Positions 13,638-22,854 of a DNA stretch of 64,000 nucleotides are shown piece by piece. The notes beneath the pieces are model-generated. The model did not search any database, was not told the origin of the DNA, and was given only the letters and a program-made list of their open reading frames with translations. How positions within the stretch are numbered: position 1 is the first letter of the stretch; each line of letters begins with the position of its first letter. The stretch is from Tubiluchus corallicola (taxonomy: Eukaryota > Animalia > Priapulida). Location of the stretch: the NCBI GenBank assembly GCA_030141605.1, contig JAQGDQ010000014.1, positions 1 to 64,000 of the forward strand. The letters run 5' to 3'. A program made the translations under genes and the position numbers.

Positions 13638-14654
13638 GTCTGATTCTCTGCATGATATGAATTGTAAGGAAATTTTAATGTCAAGAAATTTCAAGTTTGA
13701 CAGCATAAAGCTGGTCTTGATTTTGGTCGGTGTTGGTTGTCATTCTCTGAATGAACATCCAATAATAATGCACGTTGATGACTCAGGTAGAAGAGCCCAT
13801 ATGTAGTGAATGATGACATCTCAACTGAGCATCATTTTCAACAGCACCAACTGTCCATGAGTGTGTTTCACATGTTTGCGAAAGCAAAAATTCAAGTTGT
13901 GCTATACAATATTCATTTAAGTTTACCTCTGTGTTGATGCATGAGTTCTTGACCGTATCACAATTGAATACCTGTACAGCACCCATTTTTTGAGCAACGC
14001 CTTTCCGAGATAGTGCCCATCTAACAAAAAAATATAATTTAACAGCTAAGAATTACGTCACGTTATCTCACACAAGTCATTATTGGAAAAATAGTATGTT
14101 CGCTTTCAATATTGTATAGGGTAAATTGTTTTGAGCTATAGTTTAAGATTGAGTCCAGTTTTATTTTAAGGTTGTAACACACTGCAGAAGAGGTAATAAA
14201 TAGTTTTGAATTCACTGGGGCACAAGTTCTTTTTATGTCTTATGCCTGCAATTTGTGTTATTTCTATTAAAGGGTCCTGCCGGTTATAATAGATGACACG
14301 AATATTGCCGCATCTTTCATCATCTTGCCTTTCCTTTCATGAATTGTATGTATAGCTCAGTCCTACACTTTCATGCTAGTTTGCAGCCTTTGCTTTTTCT
14401 TGTCATTATTTTTTATTGATCTTGATTAGAGATAAACTGCGGCTAGGGCAGTGATGGAGCTAAATAATCAGCCGGGCCAGAACCTTACTTGGAAAATTTA
14501 TAATTGTTCCTCAAATCTCTAACCTGAATAAACATTCAAATTATTGATTCCACAAGTAATTATAATGCGTATTTAATTTCTAATGAAATAAGGAATTTTA
14601 CATTTATCTTACATAAATTACTATTAAAAACTAAAACAACTTAAAGGCATCTTA

Positions 14655-14730
14655 TCATCATCATCATCATCACATAATCATTGTCATCATACTCATCATT
14701 ATTATTATTATCATCATCATCATCATCATT
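14655..14730. repeat. (ATC)n/(ATT)n microsatellite
   Basis: Directly visible in the sequence. Confidence 0.9.
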
Positions 14731-15643
14731 GAATTATAACAAATTAAACATGAATAAATTTGAAAAGTATTCTCATCCTGTTTTTTTAACTACCTTTCCA
14801 GGATAAAAAATAGTTACTACTTTCCTGATTTCAAATTTTTGACCATAACTTATCCACAGTTTATGTGTTCGAGTACAGATCATACCGTTTTTTCGAGAAT
14901 CAGTTACATTAAAGAATTATTAGCACAGCAATGTAATTTCTCGTAGGCGCGTCTAGTTCTTCCCTATTAGGTGCATTTCTCCATTCGCTAGTTAGACGGG
15001 CACTAGTGCCTACATCTCAAAAAACAGGTTTTGTACATCTCAGCTCAGAGGTGTTTGGTTGTGACATAGTACACATGTTCAAGAATTCATGCTTAAGTGA
15101 TGTGGTAAACTTGAAGTTTGAATTTTAAACTAAAAAAATTGCCGAGTTTTTGCGTATCACGCTGAATGTTGCACAATAGCACTGTATTTAAATTTTCGCT
15201 TTTGCAAACACCACATGTAACATGTTTGTGAAATGTTGAAATTTATGTTGTTTTCCTCTAAGAAAGTACAGCATTTTTCATTTAAAGTTGGCAGAGTACT
15301 TAAAAAGGATTATCGTTTGTATCCCTACTGCATGATTCATCCCTCATCTAGTCCATAACAATGCCTTTTACTTTTTATGATGAGCATATTGTGAGGAGCA
15401 TATTGAATATTCCTTTGTATTGAAAGTGGATGGTAACTCTGAAACTTTTTTAAAATGAAAAATTTGTATTGGATTAACTTTTAACACTGATCTACATTAA
15501 AGTGGATGTCGCACAACACTTAAAAAATCAACTCGGTTTTTCACTTTAGAATTTTGTTTCATCTCATGCTTTTTAATAATCTAGTAATGTATCTCAGATT
15601 AAATTATGTTTGTCCTTAGCAGGCTTTGATCTCTAAAGCAGCA

Positions 15644-16936
15644 ATGAACATGTTTAGTGGAGCTATGCGGTTAAGACAGCATCCTCAAATATGTAGGCAC
15701 CTATTAACATTTCACAGATACAAGCATTCTCTGTCGCAAAGACAAATGAAGCGGTGTTTAGCACGTCAACGTGCTCGCACGTTGTCCACTGAAGCTTATC
15801 AATACCAAGAAACTGATCAGTGCATTTCAAGTGTTAATAAGAGTGCAGTTCATGATGATTGGATGTTTAGAACACAAGAAAACGATCCTAACTGTCACAC
15901 TTGGAATCATGTGGGTCTGCACTACAGATTACCCGACGATGCAATGAAAAATCTATTTGGTATGTCTGGTTTGCCTATTAATTTTTTTATTCAAGCAAAA
16001 ACTTTTAATGAAGCCTGTTTCATGGTTAGAGAATCAGCACTTGAAGTCATCACACATTTAAGAAGCGCTGATTTCAGAAAACCAGCATTAAGATTTGTGT
16101 TGTATGGAGAAACTGGTACAAGTAAAACATATTCATTAGCGCACATTATGCACTGGGCTTATAGTCAGGGCTGCTGTTTAGTTCATGTGCCCCACACGCG
16201 GCGATGGACCATTTACGTTGATGAAGTCGTGGCATCCACACAAAAACCTGGGCAGGTGGATCTACCACTGGTTAGCGCAGAGTGGTTAAAACGCTTTCGA
16301 ATGCAAAATAGCAAATTTTTTGAGGAAAACGAAGTGACGACTAGTCGCGACTATGTGTGGAGCAAGCGAGAAACAACTGAATCTGGCTCTCCTTTAGTAG
16401 ATGTTGTGGAGCATGGAATTAATCGTGTGAAGTATGCCTCTGACTGCGTGAATGTTGTATTTCGAGAACTTAAACTCCAGTCGAGCACTTTCAAAAAGCC
16501 GGTTGTAATCGCTGTAGATGGCGCCAATCAGTTTTTCTACAGTTCTGGCATAAGAAGAGAAGATAAAACACTTCTTCCATCAGGTGACATTTCAGTTGTA
16601 GATGGTATAAAGAAGCTTATGAAAAACGACTGGGAAAATGCTGCAGTTGTTGTGACGGTAGATGAACGAAATGGACCAAAACCTTTAGCTGACTGGGTAC
16701 CATCAGTGTTTCCTAGACACCTCCTTACAAAGCAGGGCTTTGAACTCTTAGATCCTTTTCTACCCATTATGACAAAGAACTTTTCTGAAAAAGAGGGTAA
16801 TAGTTTCTTGGAATATTTTATAGACAGAAACTGGATTCAGAATCCCGCATCAAGGACAGAAGCTGGCAAGAAAGAACTTTTACATGTCAGCGGCTTCAAT
16901 CCTCGGCAACTAGAACTGCTTTGTAGAGCTTTATGA
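15644..16936 (+). CDS. DAP3: Mitochondrial small ribosomal subunit protein mS29 / death-associated protein 3, intronless CDS (430 aa from first ATG)
   Basis: Arg-rich mitochondrial presequence; motifs FRTQENDP, KTFNEACFMVR, RFVLYGETGTSKT (P-loop), DLPLVSAEWLKRF, YVWSKRE, VIAVDGAN, GFELLDPFLPI. Acceptor tttgtcctTAGCAG at 15617-15622. Confidence 0.95.
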   Translation: MNMFSGAMRLRQHPQICRHLLTFHRYKHSLSQRQMKRCLARQRARTLSTEAYQYQETDQCISSVNKSAVHDDWMFRTQENDPNCHTWNHVGLHYRLPDDAMKNLFGMSGLPINFFIQAKTFNEACFMVRESALEVITHLRSADFRKPALRFVLYGETGTSKTYSLAHIMHWAYSQGCCLVHVPHTRRWTIYVDEVVASTQKPGQVDLPLVSAEWLKRFRMQNSKFFEENEVTTSRDYVWSKRETTESGSPLVDVVEHGINRVKYASDCVNVVFRELKLQSSTFKKPVVIAVDGANQFFYSSGIRREDKTLLPSGDISVVDGIKKLMKNDWENAAVVVTVDERNGPKPLADWVPSVFPRHLLTKQGFELLDPFLPIMTKNFSEKEGNSFLEYFIDRNWIQNPASRTEAGKKELLHVSGFNPRQLELLCRAL

Positions 16937-17141
16937 AGGTAAAAGCAACCTCTTTACATTCTTATACTTTTTGTTCGTGTTCAAGTTTATCTTTATAGTA
17001 AGCTAGTAAAATCAAAACAAACGTTTCGTTTTTTCTTCTCGTAGCACCTAGTTCTCTCTTTACATTCAGTGTAATGTAATCATTTTGGTCTATATGGCTG
17101 CATAACAGTTTAACGTCACAGTAGGTATGCTTAATCCCAAG

Positions 17142-17497
17142 TAGGGATGAGCATCGAACGTTCGAGTTCGAACGAGTTTTTTTAGTTCGAACTCGATTTG
17201 AATCCAAAACTATAGATTCGAATAATTCAGCACTTCAATCATGTTCCTGATCACTAAAACGATTGAAACAACATGCAATTAGCGTAATTTAGCAGTGATT
17301 TCTGTGCAGAATTTTAAACAAATTACTAGTCGTTTTATTGCAGAACAAAATCTAGTGATACACATGATCTTTGTAAGACTAATTTTTATTGGTGGTTCGA
17401 AAGCTTGTTCGAAAATCGTTCAATCTCAATTCGAATTCGAAACACTGAAGTTCGGTTCGATTCGAATTCGCTTTCTGGTAGAGAATGCTCACCCCTA
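17142..17497. mobile_element. hAT-type MITE, family A copy 2 (inverted relative to 9723-10103)
   Basis: TIRs tagggatgagcat / atgctcacccta; 8-bp TSD atcccaag (17134-17141, 17498-17505); the body matches the reverse complement of copy 1. Confidence 0.9.
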
Positions 17498-17507
17498 ATC
17501 CCAAGTA

Positions 17508-19341
17508 CAGTCAAACCTCGCTATAATGGACTTTAAGGGAGCGCTCAAAAAGTCCATTATAACGAGAGTCCATTATACCGAGGGTACCATATCTGAAGCC
17601 AGACTACCCTACAATAGATACAATAGGATCATAGAAATCAACAGTAAAATGAAATAATGTTTATAATCAAACGTCAAACGGTTTTATTCAAATGCCATAT
17701 TTGATACAAGGCTGAATCTATAATTTTGTTAGATGAATTAGTCAGCTACTGTCCAAAAAAACTGTGATTTTTGCCCGTTTTTTCGTGCCAGCATCACTCG
17801 CAATCTTCGTGGTAATGTTCTGTTCTAGCTCAGCGATCAGATCGAGTCTGTCAATTCCTTTATTTAGACAGAAGTCTCGCACATATCTGAGGTGCTCCAT
17901 CGCTTCACTCCCTGAACAGGTTTGAGTTACAGTAACGTCACTTTCAGTCTCTGGCTGGTCCTGCTCACCGCCATCATTCACGTCTGTAACGTACTGTATG
18001 ATCTCTCTCTCGGTCAAGTCACTCTCGTCTGTAGCCAGCTATGAATCACAACTCACATGCTTCTCGAACGTTGTTTCCGATAAGTTTAGTTCAGTGGCGA
18101 TGAAGTCCCAAACGTTTCTTTCTTGTACAGACATCTCTGCGGTATCGTCAGTGATGGTTGCCATCGGTTCAGCATTATTGTCGATCGGGAAATTGAAGTC
18201 CGCTTTGCGAAAGCAGTTGGCAATAGAGGAAACGGACACGTCTTTCCAGCACTTTCCTATGTACGTTGCTGCATCTCTAAGATCGATTTTCGTTTGCTTG
18301 CCAGCTTCGATATCGGCTATCATTCTCCGCAGTATCGCTGTTCGATACTTCCTCTTACAATTCTCGATGATTCCTTGATCAAGGGGCTGTAGTTTACTGG
18401 TGCAATTCGGCAGGAGTAGGTGAACTGTAGTAGCCTCCAGTTTGATTTCGTCTCGGCAAAGAACTTAGCCTTTTCGAGTAAGATATTCCCTCCGATTGGC
18501 AAGCCTTTACACCGCCTTTGCATGTACCAGATAGTCATAGCTTTCTCCAGTGGCTCTTTATCTGATGTTCGCAATTTCTTCCGTTTGTTTGTGACTTGAT
18601 TTTTTTCGTCAGCTTCTTTCAGCTTCTCCTTAGACGCGAAAATGCTGGATACTTTCTGTTTATTTAGGCCGTATTCTTCACAAATTTTGCTTTGTTTTGC
18701 ACCAGCCTCGATTTTTTCGATAATCTCGATTTTCGTGACGAGCTCAATAGCTTTCCGCTTCTGCTTGATACCGCTCATTGTGCCATTTTGGTGGTGAACA
18801 AAGGGCAGAAAAATGGCGAAACAATGTTCGTCTCGTCGTTCCCAGCAGGGTTGCCAGTATGGCATTTTCTTCCAGATCCAAAACCGAAATGCTGCACGTG
18901 GTTGCCAGAAATAATTTTTGTTTCAATGCCATTTCTCCAAGTGCCAAAGCAATCTTATTCAAGTGCCAAATTTTTATTCCCAAAAAGTGCCAAATGGGCC
19001 AACTTGCCGTGATGAACCTGCCGTGCCGGAAAGCTGATCTGGATATTTCCGTAAAATTAATTCTCAGAAGTTTACGCTCCGAAACGACCAACGCAGCACC
19101 TACAGTGTACCAGCATAAACTGCGATCACATGTGGATCCATTATACATGGGTCCATTATAGCGGGGGAGAAAATGCACTGGGGAGCAGAAAATAAGTCCA
19201 TTATAGCGAAAAGTCCATTATACTGAAGTCCTAGGGGATAAAAACAAAGAAAAACGATAGCTGAAAAATGGGAACGGACAAAACGTCCATTATATCGAGG
19301 GGTCCATTAAACCGAGGGTCCATTATAGCGAGGTTTGACTG
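17508..19341 (-). mobile_element. Tigger/pogo (Tc1-mariner superfamily) DNA transposon, internally deleted
   Basis: Perfect 24-bp TIRs cagtcaaacctcgctataatggac / gtccattatagcgaggtttgactg, TA TSD, repeated subterminal gtccattata motifs, transposase remnants. Confidence 0.95.
17742..18778 (-). pseudogene. Tigger/CENP-B-like transposase remnant
   Basis: N-terminal HTH (KRKAIELVTKIEIIEKIEAG...KRKKLRTS...LEKAMTIWY...GLPIGGNILLEKAK) joined out of frame to the DDE C-terminal motif LPNCTSKLQPLDQGII and CWKDVS..IANCFRKA. Most of the DDE domain is missing and there are frameshifts or stops. Confidence 0.9.
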
Positions 19342-19917
19342 TATATAAAACATCCGCTATTTCTGTACTATTTCATTAAATTTTGTACCTATATCATCAT
19401 TATTTCTCATCACCATACAGTTACAGTATATTTTAAAATTTAATATTAGAATAAGGGCAACATGTACAGGACTGTCATATGTTGCCCTCGCATCTGGTAT
19501 TCTTTTGTATCTTGATGTAGTAGTCCACTGTCTATGTGGGCAAAATAAAATTCTTCTTCTTCATAACATTAGTACTAAAGTTGTGAACATGCTGATTCAC
19601 TATGCAGCAACAAATGCAGAGTTTCTAGTTAAGAGACTTCATAATATTTATCATAATTTCACTTTTATCATGACTTTATAAAAGTGGTTTTGCAGGATGC
19701 ACATATAACTTGCATGTTGTAGTGCAGTCATGATGGTGTCTGCCACAATATTTTCGATTTCAAGCATGTGCATTGTCTACTACTTATATAGTTTTTAAGT
19801 AAGAATTCATCAGCATCAAAAGGAAACATGTTTGAAATACATACAAACCCGCAATCATGTGCAAAAATGCATATCCATCTCACATGCTTAGAAACTCAAT
19901 ATGCTTTTTAATTACAG

Positions 19918-20589
19918 ATGGCTGTGGATCCAAATGACACTAGTGAAATGAATCCATCACAGTTAGGAACTAGAGAGTACTGGGAGAAAACTTATAGTCG
20001 TGACCTAAAGAACTTCCACGAAATTGGTGATCGGGGTGATATCTGGTTTGGTGAAGATAACATGAAAAGAGTTTTAAGTGTAGTAAGAAATTTATGTCCT
20101 GATGTACATGAGCCTATTATTGATATAGGCTGTGGAAATGGTGAAACTTTGCTGAACTTAGCCAAGCAAGGCTATACTGATCTTACTGGTGTCGACTATG
20201 CTGCATCTGCTGTTGAACTTGCTCAGCAAATCGCTGAGAGAGAAAACCTAAAATCTCAGATCAATTATAAACACTGTGACATACTAGAACCCTTTGAAAC
20301 TAGCCTGTTTTTCTGCCAGTTTCAAATTGTGATCGATGTTGGCACGTTTGATGCAATCAGTTTAGCAGAAAATAACAAATCGAAGCGTGAGCGGTACATC
20401 TCGGTCGTGACACAACTGCTGTCCGACTCGGGCCGTCTGGTAATAACAACCTGTAATTGGACTAAGGAAGAGTTACTTGAACAATTTCATCAACATTTAA
20501 AGCTGCTAAAGGAAATTCCAACACCCAAGTTTCAGTTTGGTGGAAAGTCGGGAAATACTGTAGTCACACTTGTATTGCATAAGGACTAA
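19918..20589 (+). CDS. EEF1AKMT2: eEF1A lysine methyltransferase 2 (METTL10/Efm4 family), intronless CDS
   Basis: PSQLGTREYWEKTY, GDRGDIWFGE, IDIGCGNG (SAM motif I), GTFDAISL, ITTCNWTKEEL, PTPKFQFGGKSG. Acceptor tttttaattacag directly abuts the ATG; AATAAA at 20876-20881. Confidence 0.95.
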   Translation: MAVDPNDTSEMNPSQLGTREYWEKTYSRDLKNFHEIGDRGDIWFGEDNMKRVLSVVRNLCPDVHEPIIDIGCGNGETLLNLAKQGYTDLTGVDYAASAVELAQQIAERENLKSQINYKHCDILEPFETSLFFCQFQIVIDVGTFDAISLAENNKSKRERYISVVTQLLSDSGRLVITTCNWTKEELLEQFHQHLKLLKEIPTPKFQFGGKSGNTVVTLVLHKD

Positions 20590-22747
20590 AAAGTAAGATA
20601 ACAGTTTTGAAATCCAATTTCAAAAAACTGAAACAATACTTGTGCATTTCAGTTCTGCATTGTCTTAATACGAACTTTGATTTTTATAATCTAGAAAAAG
20701 GCGGAGGCAGTTAGCCTGAGATAGCCTCCATCTTTTCGTCTATAAGAAATGAGTGATTTGTGAATCAGATGTATGCTTGCCTATAAGTCATGTTGGTCTA
20801 CTAATGTGTGCGTTTAACTAATTTGAAAGAATTCTCTTTCTCTTAGTGAAAAAAGCAAGAACACTGTATGTAGGAAATAAAGTTAATAATGTTTATCTTA
20901 TGCTCTAAATAGATTATGTTACATCATTAGTATTTCGTTTTTGGAAAATTTACACAATCTTAAAGGTGATACATGAAACGGAAATCATACTTTCTCAGAC
21001 TTGTGTAACTTTATAAACTAATGCAGCATTATCAGTAATCAGTACACATTAATTATCATTAAGAGGTCAATATTAAATCCAGCTTATAAGCACTCAAAAT
21101 CAAAGAGCAAACGCGAAGCTTACATGATGCCAATGGGCCCAGAGGTTTGCTGCATTTTGATCAGTTCAGAATGAAATCAATTTTTTAGCTGATAGTGGTT
21201 CCAAGTAACACTAAAACATACGACATACGAATCATAAAAAGTGCAGAAGGTGATCTCAGTAACAATTTTCTCTGCCCATTACATGTTATACTACAAGTTA
21301 GTTACAGAAACATATGTTACAACAAGGCATTAAACATTACATGCCTACAACAGTGCTCAATTTTAGACCATAATTCAAAAAAACCTAGTAACTAAACAGT
21401 GAAGTTATGGGCAATTGTTGCCCATCTTAGTGACATGTATTTCAGTCGTGACATCAGTAGCCCTGTGAAAACATACATTAGATCATTGATGAACTTGGAA
21501 TTTGAAGCGGATTTAACTTGTCTTTTATCTTCAATGTGACACAATGGTGACTCCTCATTAACTGTACTTGTAGACTGTTAAGTTTCTAAGCTAATTTTTA
21601 AATATCAGAAACAGAAACAAACACTGATGGAACAGAAATACTAGCAATTATAGGACGAATCAAAAAATCTATTTTAGACAGTAGATCAAAATGAGATATG
21701 GTCTAGAAAAGCATCATGTTTCCTTAGTTGTACATGCTGGCTAAACAAAATTGCCCTTCAATTGCTGAACGGCAGGAAGTAAGGATAAAAACATAAACTG
21801 TTAAAAAAGATGCAACTATTGGAGCTAATTGATCAAATGTTACATACAATGATACAATAAACAGCTAAAAACATTTTTAAATCAATATAAATGATTCTGA
21901 ATAAAATTAAATACATTAATAGTCGTAAAATTAACTCATCTTTTCTAGATGTATATAAAACGATTGGCCACTTATCGCAATATCATTATTGCAGCGCTTA
22001 AGCATATGATAAGAATCATGAAGTCTAATTTGTGTAGTCCTATTTAAATTTCAGAATACTGTCTGACCTAAAGCTAAAGCAATTACACTGCTGTGGGCTC
22101 AATTATAAGTACCCAGTATGCCACATAGTTGCAAAAATATAATGTATGTATAATATATACACTGATGCATAAACAAATGCCTAATTCAGCCTGGAGATAA
22201 GATACACACGAAAACAGTAGCTCTGCATAATATGTTCATAGTGCATATTATAATTTAAAAAATATCCAATGATTTACAAAGATATGGCGCGTCACTCCTT
22301 TATAAACTGTTACAATTACGAACAGCTTCAACATTATACAAGGAAGTACTTATTATTTATTAATTAGATATAAAAGTTCAACAGTTGACAAAATCCATGA
22401 TTTGACAGACAATGCTATACAACACTAGGTCTTATACAGTAAAACAGATTTAATATTCTGTAAATTATCCCGATAATATAATTAAAATATGAAAACGAGA
22501 GTAAGCTCACTAAAATTTCACCTAAGAACAGCAAGGCAGAATGACAAACAAATACAGTTCATAGTAAATTTACACAATAAAATTTGATGAAATAAACCAT
22601 TGATAGAATGATAAATTTAATAACTAACATAACAGCAGCTGCCAGCAATTATTTTTCTCGGCGCCACAACCCATCACACATCACAAAAACAAATTTTCAC
22701 TTTCAAGTTGAAAGTAGTCACATCCATAATCTGGATCGTGTTTTTAC

Positions 22748-22854
22748 TCAAAGCTTTTCCTTTGCTGGAACCCAAATGGTAGGGCCTGATTGTTCCTTTA
22801 TTACTTCTTTCACTTTTGTATAGATTTCGTCAGCTGTATCACCACTCACAACCG
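22748..22854 (-). CDS. DLG1: DLG1 terminal coding exon ([11 protein letters not shown]...IWVPAKEKL*)
   Basis: Acceptor tttttag; stop TGA at 22750-22748. Confidence 0.95.

Noticed and set aside
17998-19178. Plus-strand and overlapping ORFs within the Tigger element
   Set aside because: Antisense or alternative-frame shadows with no recognisable motifs.
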